64,000 nucleotides of DNA from a virus (Duplodnaviria; Caudoviricetes): the IMG/VR virus record IMGVR_UViG_3300010998_000021, positions 32,001 through 96,000 of that record. One strand, given 5' to 3'. This document shows positions 1-10,971 of the stretch, piece after piece. The position numbers and the translations under genes are program-made. A model generated the notes under the pieces. The model was not told the origin of the DNA and did no database searches. It saw only the letters and a list, made by a program, of their open reading frames with translations. Position 1 is the first letter of the stretch. Every line of letters starts with the position of its first letter.

Positions 1-3000
1 TAATTCATAGCATGTAAACCAAGAATAGCTTTTCCATTATCGTTGATTGCGCCATTATCTTCAAATATTACACTATCTTCAAATAAGTCAATTAGGAACT
101 CCGCTTCTTCACGTATATCAGAGATTGAATTTTGTAGATAATCGAATTTATCCCATTTGATTTCTCTTACTTTATTAGCATATTCTTGAGCCTTCTTGAT
201 AGCTTCTTGTTCTGCTTCTACGGCATCATTGATTCTTTCAGTCATTTCGTACCATGCTTCTGAACCACGCCTAATTTCGCCAGTACCTACTGCTTTTGTT
301 AATTGCTTTTGAAGGTCTTTTGCTAATTGTGAAGCATTTTTAGCATTGCTTTCCGCTATACTTTTTAGCTTTGAATAATAAACGCTACTTGTTTTTAACC
401 CCTTTGCTTCTGCAATGTCGAGATAATTATTATATTCTTTTGATAAATGTTCTGACAGAGACAATTTATTTTTGTATTCATCATAGATACTATTGAATAC
501 TTTTACATATTCTTTAGAAATGCTATTTGAAACTTTAATAATATCTTCGTTTAAGTCATTTATCTCATCCTCGACTTCTTGAATATCCTTTAATAATTTA
601 TAGTATTCTTCAGAACCTTTTGCTACAATGCCTTTTGTTGTTCCGCTTGCAAGTTTATCTGTAAGTTTCGCAAGTTCACTTTTCCGTTTTGATCTTTGGT
701 CTGAAAGATTATTTATTAAAGCAAGATAAGATTTGATATTTGCATTTGACGCATCTCTGCTGAGTGACATTTGTACATAATCACTCGCAAAATCTTCTCT
801 TCTTGTTATTAATGATTTTACTTTGTCAGCGGTTTGTTCTAAATTTTGAAGCGCATTTTCCCATGTTGTAATGATGTTCTTGAATTGACTTGAATACAAA
901 TCTTTTAATTCAAGTTTAAGATCACGAATTGCTTCTTGACACTTGACTGCGTTTTCATACCACTTTTTATATTGTTCTATGTTTTTACGTGTTTCATCGT
1001 CATATTCATTAATATCAATCGTTCCGGCTATGACTTTATCACGTAAATCTTGCGCGAGTGGTACGGAATTTGCTTGACCTATATATCTTTGATATGCTTG
1101 ACCTTGTAAATCTATTTCTTCTGTTGTTTTCTGAATTTGACGTACAAGATTATCATTACGAGTAGACCATTTTGCGAAAGTGTCTTTTGATGCTTTATCG
1201 AGTGTTTTTATTTCTTCCTCGACACGCTTCAATTTAATTTCTATCCAGTCAATGTAATCAGCTTTAGAATCTTTAGCTTTAGAAGAAGATGATGATGAAT
1301 TTCCACCTCCACCACCGCCTGAACTTCCACCGCCAGAGCCTCCAGAACCTCCAGAGCCACCGCCACTATTTGAACTTCCTCCAGACGATGAAGAACCACC
1401 AGAGCCAAGTCTAAAAGCTGTACCTTCAGCTAATGCTCGTCCTCTGCGATTGCCGTGTGTTATTTTCCCTTTTTCAAATATCTGTTTTGTTTGTTCCGCA
1501 TTGAAGATTATATCGTCCTTCTTATACGCGAACATTTCTGCACCAGTATCGCCAATAGTAAAGAATTTGCCATCCCTTACAACTAACTCGCGTCCAAGTT
1601 CACCACCAAGCGCAATACCGCTTGATTTAGTTCCCCAATCACCTCTTGCATACGCTGTACCTCTTGCATGTGCCGTTCCGTCAACAGCAGGAGGTGAACC
1701 AACTGTAACAATATGATATGTAACAGTTCTACTAATATTAGGATATGACGGTGGAGAAGGCGCATTGATGTGATAGTTTACCGCCGGATTTTGGTCTGGA
1801 TAAACTGGTGCTGCTGGTGCATTAATTCCATACGCTACTTGCGGAGATTGATCCTCGTATTGTGGTGCTTCTGGTGCATCTACATTTACACTGACATTTA
1901 TAGCTTGACCGCTTAATCCACTAATCGCGCCACTTGCAGCGGAAGTATCGGCATTAACAGTTGCAGTAACGGATTGACCTTCTAAAGAACTTAATGCGCC
2001 ATCTGCACCAGATGTATCAACATTCATATCAACATCTACTTGTTGACCTTGAAGTGATTCTGCTGCGCCTTCTGCCTGTGACGTATCAACATTCATGGAG
2101 ACATCTATTTGTTGATTTGACAGAGAACTTATTTCGCCTTCTGCTTGTGATGCATCTGCGTTAAGTGTTGCTTCAATCTCTTGCCCTGATAATGATCCTA
2201 TTGAATCTTCTACGGTTGCTGTGTTTACATTAGCATCTAATTCAATAGCATCGCCTTCTGGTGCTTCAATTTCAGATGCTTGAATTTTTCCACCTTCGAT
2301 AGTTGCTTCTTCGCCACTAAGACCATCTGTATCCAATTCATTTGCTTTGACTTTAGCTTCTATTTCAAGTTCAGATGAACCAGATAATTCTTGCATGTCG
2401 GATTGGAATTGAGCGAGCATATCGGGGTCTAATGCAGCATTCTTTAGTGAAGCAGTAGACATTGGTTGTATACCGCTTTCTTCTGCTAATTGCTCTTGTG
2501 CGTTTTTAGAAGATTCTTTTTGAATATTTGAAACTTCTTCAGATGATTTTTGTGCGCCCTCTACATGACCTTCTTCAGCACCTTTTGAAACAGCGTCTTT
2601 AACTTCGTTCTGCAAAGCAGTAGTGTCTTGTTGATTGAGTGTATCAATTACCGCTTGTTGTGCTTGGATAAGTTGTTCTTGTGCTTGTTGCCTTGCGCCT
2701 TCGGAAGTCGCATTAGCTAAATTTTGTTTAAATTGATCGACTGCTCCGAGTTGGTCTTTTAAAGTTACTGGTATTTCAACGCCTTCAGAAGTCAATCCTT
2801 GCATTTCCATTGATTTCTGAATGTAAGAACCTTGTTGTGCAATTAACTGCGCATTTGTTTCTCTCGTTCCGACAGAACCATTTCCGTTACTTCCTTCACC
2901 TTCACGCTGTCTTTGCAACTGATCCATTTGGTTCTGAATTTCAGCCAAATCATACTCGAACTTAATATGAACTACTTGTTCTTCAGTAAGCCCTGATAAA

Positions 3001-5115
3001 TCTTCTTCAAAAGAACTATATTCTTGGTCGAAACCTTCTATGATGTCTTTTACTCTATCTTTGCCTTTTCCGCTTTCCATATCATCGTAAACGGATTTAA
3101 GACCAGCGAGTGAGTCAGAAAACTCGTTAAGCATATCGCCTGACTTTTCAACACCATCAAATTCATAACCATATGCTTCAAGTGCGCTTAATACTGTTTC
3201 GACAGCACCAACACTAACTCCTAATTTATCTGCTGCTTCTGCTGTGGAATTAAATTGTGATTCTATATCCCACAATCCTTTATCGTCTGATTTGTTTACG
3301 TTAAATAATCCGGCATCTGCGAAATCGTCTACTGCATTCATCATAGACTGCGTTTCATCTTCACCAAACCATCTTTCAGCTTTTGCTAATCCTTGTTCAA
3401 ACGCCTCTTGATAAACATCGGCAGCATAGCCTCCGGCTTCTTTTGCTTCTTTAGCTTGTTTCTTTAAATTCTTAGGACTTAGGAACTGCGCGATAGATTG
3501 GAAATCGTCTGTTCCTGTTTTTCCTTCTTCGAGAAGTTCTTTTCCTTTCTTTACGGCTGATTGAATTGTAGACCAACCAGCGTCTTGGTCTGCGGATTTA
3601 GACGCTTCTTCTACGTCCTCGACAGATACTCTAAAACTATCAAGTTTATTTGTAGCACCATCGATTTCTTCTGAGGCATCTTTAAAGTAATCTCTTAATT
3701 GTTTATAATTACTTATGCCTAAGTCATCCATAGTCAAACCGACTTCGCCTAAAGCCTGTTTTAGATTCTTACCCTCTTTGACGGAATCTCGCAAATAATC
3801 TTTAATTGCCCCTTTTCCTTTGCCATCAAAAAAGTTTTCAAGATTATCTAATGCTTTTTCAGCAGGGGTCATGTCAATTTGTCTGAATCCTTTTGCAATA
3901 TCATTTACATCTTCAATGTATTTCTTTGCGTAATCAGAATCAGCACCATATTTCAACATGGTATCAGCTTGGTCTTGAATGATGTCAAGATAACCAGCCG
4001 TTTCAGCGGTAGCTTGTGAAATCTTAGAGTTTAAATCTTCCCTTTGTTTAATTTCTTGATCTGTTAAATTACCTGATTTCTTTGCTAATTTTTCATCTAA
4101 ACGACTTGATTCTTCTTTTAACGAATTGAGACTTTCAAGAGATTTTCTGGCAAGGTCGATGTTTGTTGTACCACCTTCTTCCCAAAGGTCTTTTTCATCT
4201 TTTCCAGTGTATCTTCCGTTTTCATCATAAACAGCTTTTTGGCTTGTAATATAATCCCAAACAGAAGCAATACTGCCGAACACGCCTTCGCCGTGTTGTC
4301 CTCTAATATGCTCCCAATAAGACTTTTCCGCTTTTGAAGCCTGTTCTGTATCTACTAAAGCGGTTTTCTTTTTCGATTCAGCAATCTTTTCTTGAATTTT
4401 AATTTGATTCTCAAGTTCTGCACTTGCCTCTGATAATCTTGAAAGTTCTGCTTCATCCACAAAGTTTAGAGTTGTATCACTCGCTTCAACTTTATTTATT
4501 ATATCATCAACAGTATCAGCACCTTCTACTTCGATATTGTATTTAAGTGCTATACCTTTTGCTTGCTCAAAGTTTTCACCTTGTTTGCCTTGAAGAGATT
4601 CAAGTTTAGACTGTGCATCTTCGTATTCTTGAACCGAAACTTCTGCTTGATCTTGCGCTCTTGTCCAACCAGAATTAAGATAGTCAAATCCTTTATAAGC
4701 ACCAAAAGCAACTGCTGCTGCTATTAGCGGAGCAGCCATTGTAGCCATACTTGCTAAACCGCTACCAAACGCTCCTATCCATGTCGCACCATCTTTAAAA
4801 GCAGAAACCACGCCCATAATGCCCTTGGCAAGCGTACCACCAACAAGTAAAGTTCCGACTAAACCTATCTTGTCTGTTATTGCATCAAATACTCCAAGTA
4901 TACCAGTGAGTCCATCTAAGACTGCACCCATGTCACTACGTTGGAATAGATTTTGCCAAATGCCTGTACCTGTTTCTTTAAGAGCATTTAGTTTGTATGA
5001 TATTGAATTTGTTATGATTTCCATTTCTGCGTCTGCTGCGCCAGCAGAAGTGGACATCTTTTTTATTGCTTCTTCGGCTTGTGAAAAATTGGAAATTACG
5101 GCAGCACCAATTTGT
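1..5115 (-). CDS. Tape measure protein, exon 4 (runs off the window start)
   Basis: Begins (A)QIGAAVISNFSQAEEAIKK and is in the same frame at the window edge (..AILGLHAMN). Coiled-coil, Gly/Ser linker at ~1280-1410 and a GTAHARG..ELGRELVVR motif typical of large siphophage TMPs. Absent from the ORF track, consistent with no stop codon inside the window. Confidence 0.9.
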
Positions 5116-6716
5116 CATTACATTCAGAAAGGTCATAACTCTTTCCAGTTTAATCTAAAATTTACTATGCTGTATTGATATAAAAACCATTTTTATAATC
5201 TTCTTCGAATCTTTCCCATTGTTCTTGTGTATTATTATATCTTCCATATATACTATGAAATAAATCATGTATGTCTTTTCTTATACATACACCTAATGGG
5301 TACTTATTATGTTCATCAATAAATGCTGATGTTATCTCAGCTAATTCTTTTTGCGTGTAATCATTAAAATCTTTAATAATATAATTAGAACTATTAAAAA
5401 AATCTGAAACTATATGGTTGAAACTATATAGATGATGAATATGAAATTTTTTTGATCCTGTAAGCACACACTGATAATCACAATTACGCATAGAATCTGT
5501 TTTCCATGTTTGTAATTGACCTCTAAGGTATTTGCTAATATCCGAATATTTCAAATTATCTTTGTCAACCCTCATTAATCCTAATCTATGTCTACGTTCA
5601 GATATTGATAACTTCGGTTTCCTTATTAAATTAGATAATTCATCATCAGACATATTCTCCCAATTATTCAGAAGTAAATTATCTTGCTCTTCATTCCAAT
5701 ATGTTTGGTTGTAAAAGAACGAAAACAGATTCAAAATACGTGCGTGACTTATAATAGCATTTCTACTTCTTGCCGGAATTAGGTTACATACTTCATCTAT
5801 CGGCTTAGTTGGATAATGTATTTTTAATAGTTTATTTTCTTCTTCACTCCAATCATCATCTGTTGAATATCCAAAATATCTAAATGCTTTTGTCTGTATC
5901 GCATCCTTTGAATATTTATAGCCATAATGAGATTCAAGTTCATCAAGTGTGTAATTAAAATAATTATGTTTTAGAAATTCTAATTCAGATTCATTCCAGA
6001 AGAAATACTCTGCTGTTATTCCCAATTTATGCGCCTGTGAAATAATTGATTGTTTCGTTGAATTAGGAAATCTTTTCATAATAGCATCCCAATTACCAAT
6101 AGGATATTCCCTCTTTATAAATTCTATATCTTCATCTGAATAATGATTTTTTGAAAATTCATATACTCCCAATCGTTTTAACTTATTTATAATACTTGAT
6201 GAATTTCGTTTATACTTTTCTGCCAACTTATATGGTTTCATTCCAGATTTATAATCTTCAATTATCATTTCTAATTCTTCTTTCGTAAATTGTCTTGCCA
6301 TGCTTCTCCTATGCATAGCTTTTAGATTAAACATCCTATACTTTCATATAGGTTTTGACTATTTCTTCACCCTCGCCGTTATGTGTTAGGGGCATACCTT
6401 TTCCATTTAAGAGGTTTTCACTCACGCCTAAATTTGCGCCGTACTTCTATTGATATGACTATTCAGGATTTCCACCTTTATTTGATTGTCATATCCCTTA
6501 TGGGGAATAGTCGATGAACATTTACCCTCGACTTAATTAACATATGGTCTATGTATGACGTTAGGGTACTTTGCTACATGAACATCCATTGTTGCATCCT
6601 TGCGTTGTCAAACCTTCATAACGTGCTTTCGCCGTTATTGTGGTGCAAGGCTTTAGGAATTACCTGTAATTAAATATGTTCTTTGCATGTATTTCTACAT
6701 GTTAGGGCAACTTTCT
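5116..6716 (-). mobile_element. Group I intron 3 of tape measure gene (encodes HNH endonuclease)
   Basis: Removal restores GKTRA-QIGAA. P1 hairpin AGGGC/GCCCT, R element CATCGACTA, S element AAGAAATAGTC, terminal G at 5116. Confidence 0.88.
5165..6301 (-). CDS. Intron-encoded HNH endonuclease with tandem W-x-E-x-E helical repeats
   Basis: AGGAG RBS before MARQF; repeats such as WNESELEFLK and WSEEENKLLK; C-terminal CVLTG..HIHH..GVCIRKDIHDLFH. Confidence 0.75.
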   Translation of the reverse strand: MARQFTKEELEMIIEDYKSGMKPYKLAEKYKRNSSSIINKLKRLGVYEFSKNHYSDEDIEFIKREYPIGNWDAIMKRFPNSTKQSIISQAHKLGITAEYFFWNESELEFLKHNYFNYTLDELESHYGYKYSKDAIQTKAFRYFGYSTDDDWSEEENKLLKIHYPTKPIDEVCNLIPARSRNAIISHARILNLFSFFYNQTYWNEEQDNLLLNNWENMSDDELSNLIRKPKLSISERRHRLGLMRVDKDNLKYSDISKYLRGQLQTWKTDSMRNCDYQCVLTGSKKFHIHHLYSFNHIVSDFFNSSNYIIKDFNDYTQKELAEITSAFIDEHNKYPLGVCIRKDIHDLFHSIYGRYNNTQEQWERFEEDYKNGFYINTA

Positions 6717-6950
6717 GCCCTCGTCTTGCCGAATAACTCATCGAGAAGTTGGGCTTGGTTTTTATCCGATAAATCATCCCAAACTGCCGAAATTTCCTTC
6801 AGAACTTGATAGGTAGATTTGTATGTATCCTCATCTTCCATGATCGAAACTTTCCCACCTGTCAACTCGTAAACATCACCTTTAATATTCACAAGATTGT
6901 CATCAAGTTCCTCGGTTTCCTCATTCATGCCTCGTATACGCATCGAGATT
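6717..6950 (-). CDS. Tape measure protein, exon 3 (234 nt)
   Basis: ISMRIRGMNEETEE...LFGKTRA, a TP901-type TMP core segment in frame with exons 2 and 4 after splicing. Confidence 0.88.
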
Positions 6951-8381
6951 CTTTATATTTATGTTAGTCGCAAGCTAACACGCATTGTTTGTTTTCTCCT
7001 TCAGTTCATTTATTTTAGATAATAAAAAATATTCCATATTATCTCTTTCCCAATACGGAATTTCGATAATTGGAATATTGTTTTCTTTACAATAATTAAG
7101 TTTGATTCTATCTCTAATCTGTATTATTTCAAGCTGTTGTTCAGCCCATTCTTTTCCTTTTCCCGAAAAATTAATAGGCATATAATGTTGTTCGCCTTGA
7201 TATTCAAATAAAGCGTTCAACTCATTAACATAAGCATCAAACTTCAGAGGATATTTGTATCTGCAATCATCATAAGAATATTGTCTTTCTACTGTATAAC
7301 CGAATGAATTAAGTAATTCTAATAATTTCCTTTCACCTTTTGATTGATTACAACTTGGACAAGATGAATCACCGCTTAATATGTGACAAACAGGTGAATC
7401 CCATTCTGTGTCATCAATCAAACACTTACATTTAATGTAATTGTGATAACCAGTATATTTTCCTATTACTTTTATATTCGGATTTTTATTTTGTATTCTT
7501 CTGACAATATCTTCTTCATTCGCCATCTCAGCTAAGTTTGCTTTCTTCCTTCCACATTTGGGGCAACCGCCTCCGTACAATATTACAGAAGGTCTTGCTT
7601 CCCATTCGTTGTCGCAAACCTTACACCGACATTTTACTTTATCAAACCATTTTTTATATTCAGATAAAACTTCAATATCTGGATTTGCGATTCTAACACG
7701 ATCACGAAAAACATCTTTTAACTTTCCACCATTACAATATTGGCATACATGATTATATCTCTTAAAGTTATAGACTGTACTTTCTTGTAAACCAAAATCT
7801 CTATGTTTATTGCAAACAAACTGAATAAATCTTTCACGCTTGTTATTTTTTATTTTTGATTCAACACCAATATATTCAACATCGTGTTTATCGCATAATT
7901 CTCTTAATTTATTTTCATCATATATCAATAACAATATTAAACAAAACAATGCCTCATACCTTCGTATGAGAATAGACTATATTTCAACCACACTCAAAGA
8001 GTAGCAGTAATACCTTTTCCATTTAAGGGGTTTTCACCCACGCCATTTGCGATTGCGCCGTACTTCTAATGATTTGGATATTCAGGATTCCACCTTTATT
8101 CTTATTCCAAATCCCTATAAAGGGAATAGTCGTTGAGCGTTTACCCTCGCCTTATCTATTCTTTTGGTAAGAATTACGTTAGGGTACTTCGTTGCTGAAC
8201 TGTGATTTTCTTCAAGTAGAAGAGTAGCACTTAGGTTTTTAGCCTTATGCTATCCTTATGTTGTTTCTGCTTTCGCACCATCATAACGTGCTTTCGCCGT
8301 TATTGTGGTATAAGGCTTTACACTTTACCAGCAATTAAATATTTACTTTATGCACATTTCTGTACATACGCACAATATCCT
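6951..8381 (-). mobile_element. Group I intron 2 of tape measure gene (encodes endonuclease)
   Basis: Removal restores GNGLRT-ISMRIRG. P1 CGCAC/GTGCG, P element AATTGCTGG, R CAACGACTA, S AAATATAGTC, terminal G at 6951; core closely similar to intron 3. Confidence 0.88.
6975..7949 (-). CDS. Intron-encoded Zn-ribbon repeat + Vsr-like PD-(D/E)XK endonuclease (start uncertain)
   Basis: CxxC/GCPxC repeats, SKGE, FDAY..FEYQGEQHY, IEIPYW. Confidence 0.8.
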   Translation of the reverse strand: MFCLILLLIYDENKLRELCDKHDVEYIGVESKIKNNKRERFIQFVCNKHRDFGLQESTVYNFKRYNHVCQYCNGGKLKDVFRDRVRIANPDIEVLSEYKKWFDKVKCRCKVCDNEWEARPSVILYGGGCPKCGRKKANLAEMANEEDIVRRIQNKNPNIKVIGKYTGYHNYIKCKCLIDDTEWDSPVCHILSGDSSCPSCNQSKGERKLLELLNSFGYTVERQYSYDDCRYKYPLKFDAYVNELNALFEYQGEQHYMPINFSGKGKEWAEQQLEIIQIRDRIKLNYCKENNIPIIEIPYWERDNMEYFLLSKINELKEKTNNAC

Positions 8382-8731
8382 GTGCGGAGTCCATTACCTA
8401 CTTTGGACGCATCTTGCACAATTTCAGTACCAGCAGTAATTAAAGCAATAGTTTCATCAAGTGAGTTATTCGCTACTGCCATAGCACTTGATGAATTTTT
8501 AAGAGCAGTCATAACGTCTGCATTTGACAATGCAAAACTGTTACCGACTTTATTAACTTTAGACATTACACCGTCAAGAACATCATCAGCTTCAATTCCG
8601 AATGCCTTCATCGTACTGACAAGACTTGAAGTGCTTTCTTCAACACTCATCCCCGGACTTATCGCTGCAAACTGCGATGATAATTTGCTCATCGTTTTTG
8701 CATCTGACAGGTTATATCCAAGACGAGACCA
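8382..8731 (-). CDS. Tape measure protein, exon 2
   Basis: WSRLGYNLSDAKTMSKLS...VGNGLR(T), TP901-family TMP core. Confidence 0.9.
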
Positions 8732-9937
8732 CCTTTTGTTACTCTCTTCAAAATAGAAGAGGAGTAGGTCATTTCTGCCTACTTCTGCAATTTCATTTTT
8801 AGATTATATTTGCAGAGCAGAGTACATCTTCACCATGCGCAAAATGCGTTTAGGTGTTCAGCGTGTAAACATACATTACTGCATGTAAAACTTACTCGTT
8901 ACGGGTTCAAAACATTTAATATCAATTTTTCTATATTTTCTATTGTTTCTCCATATTGTATTTCTAATAATACTATATCATTATCTTTGCAGTACCTTCT
9001 CTTAATAGAATCGTTTCTTTTTCTATCCTCGAATCCTTGCACACCGCCAAAATAATCGACTACTTGATAATGCTGTTTTCCTTGATATTCAATACATACA
9101 TTGTTTTCAGGCAAATAAAAATCGAACGGCAATCGCCGTTCGTGTTTGCAATCATCAAATCTATATTGATTTATAAAAGAAATGTTATGGTTTTGCAGTA
9201 TTTCTTGAATGATATATTCTCCTTTACTTCTTCCCATACATCCACACGATGTAGTATGTCCAGTAGTCAAAGAAGAACCATCCACAATGCAAATGTTTCC
9301 ACAATCACATTCACATGAGTATGTTCTTCTATCGTATTGGCTTCGATCTAATTCTTTTATAGCTGTTAATAATCCAAATTTTTTACCTATTATATTGTTC
9401 TTTAATGAATTTATGTAATCTAATTTATTGCATCCGCATGATTGTTTATGCCCTCGTTTTAAATTTGAAGACTCACAATAGGTTATATTACCACAATCAC
9501 ACTTGCATTCCCATATAACTGAACCGTTTGCACTTCTATTACCTGAATCTTTAATAACTGTTAGTTTCCCAAACCGTTTCCCAATTATATCTGTCTGTGC
9601 ATGATTACGATTATATCTTGATTCTTTTTCATAACATCCACATGATTTAGATTTTCCTTTTATTACGTTGTAGAAATTCATTTCTTTCTTATTTCCACAT
9701 TGACATTTACAAAATGCTTTTCTTTGTTTTCCAATTTTATAAATATCAAGAATTGTTAATAGGTTGTATTCGTTTCCAATATATTCATCATAATTTTTCT
9801 TTTTTATCAAATTACCACATCCAATGATATGATATTAAATGTTTTGTCTTGCCCTCGGAATTGTCCTTCTCAGGATTTTTCCCGATAAAAGCTGAATGTA
9901 AACTTATATGTTTCCATATAAGAGGACTTATAGGTTA
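8732..9937 (-). mobile_element. Group I intron 1 of tape measure gene (encodes endonuclease)
   Basis: Removal restores GAAD-WSRLG. Canonical P1 GGAU/GUCC with U.G pair, P3 TTCAGC/GCTGAA, P7 GAGTA/TACTC, terminal G at 8732. Confidence 0.9.
8899..9810 (-). CDS. Intron-encoded endonuclease (FGxLT..CxCDCG repeats + Vsr-like nuclease)
   Basis: Three LT..CxCxCG..SCGC repeats; FDFYLP..IEYQGKQHY. Confidence 0.82.
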   Translation of the reverse strand: MIKKKNYDEYIGNEYNLLTILDIYKIGKQRKAFCKCQCGNKKEMNFYNVIKGKSKSCGCYEKESRYNRNHAQTDIIGKRFGKLTVIKDSGNRSANGSVIWECKCDCGNITYCESSNLKRGHKQSCGCNKLDYINSLKNNIIGKKFGLLTAIKELDRSQYDRRTYSCECDCGNICIVDGSSLTTGHTTSCGCMGRSKGEYIIQEILQNHNISFINQYRFDDCKHERRLPFDFYLPENNVCIEYQGKQHYQVVDYFGGVQGFEDRKRNDSIKRRYCKDNDIVLLEIQYGETIENIEKLILNVLNP

Positions 9938-10954
9938 ATCCGCAGCACCTTGGATAATCTGCTGTGTTGTTGTTCCGTATTCTTTTGCAATGTCATTAGC
10001 TTCTTTGTAAAAACTATTTAATTGTTTTGGTGTCGCAGTAGAAGTCTTTTGTAAATCAACTAATGCAGTATCAAGATCGGCAACAGTTTTAATGCCATTT
10101 TTCAAAGTATTTATCATTCGATAAATACTCATGTAAGACGCAACAAATTTACCAACCGTTGAAAACGCAGAACCAAAAGATTCAGAAAACGTCTTCCCTA
10201 TATTTCCAGTTGCTTTCGCATCAGATTGTAAATATCTAAATTCATCGCGTAGTTGTTTTATGGCATCAACATCTTTATTAGCAATCGCTGTTTTTAATCT
10301 TGCTTGTAAATCATCTAATTGATCCCCATAGGCAGCAACAGCTTTTGAATTATTTTTAGCCCAAGTTGTCATTTGATTTCCAAATGTTTTAGCTTGTAAT
10401 TCATTAAACTGTTTTACTTTTCCGGCTGCATTAGATACACCGCTCGACATGTCTTTAAAAGATTGTGAAAAAGTCTTTGTTGTATTTTGAACTTTTCCAG
10501 TCTCTTTATCAAACTCTCTTACTATTTGAACGGCTCTACCAAGTTGGTCAGTACCAGTAATTTTCATACTGATATTTCCATTTGATTTTTGAGTAGTTGA
10601 AATTTTGCTAATTGATAATGTAAGTTTGTCTAATTCATTTGTTACTTGATGTATAGAATTTTTATTAAATCCTGCACCCATTAACATATTTTGAATGTTG
10701 CCTATACCACCATTTCTTAAATCAATCTTATTTAAACTACTCGAAAATGCGTTCGCAAAACTCTGACCAGCACTTGCCCCTTGGTTTGAAAATTGGTTAG
10801 CTAATGATGCTAACTGTTGCCCTAATTGATTAGACTGAAAATCAACTTTTATTTGTATTGGCTTAGAAGTCATATTAGAAACCAAACTATTAAACTTGGC
10901 TTCAGCTTCAGAAGCATCTAATATGGCTTTTATCGTAGCCTGAAAATCAGCCAT
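9938..10954 (-). CDS. Tape measure protein, exon 1
   Basis: AGGAGG RBS; ends LDTALVDLQK..QIIQGAAD, the start of the TMP core. Confidence 0.9.
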
Positions 10955-10971
10955 CACCTCACCTCCTTATA

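Noticed and set aside
8369-8373. GTGCG near the intron start suggesting a group II intron (also at ~15966-15970)
   Set aside because: It is the P1 guide strand. Group I P/Q/R/S elements follow, and no domain V or reverse transcriptase is evident.
5116-10957. Stop-codon reassignment or pseudogenisation of the tape measure gene
   Set aside because: The breaks are fully explained by introns, and other long genes are intact under the standard code.
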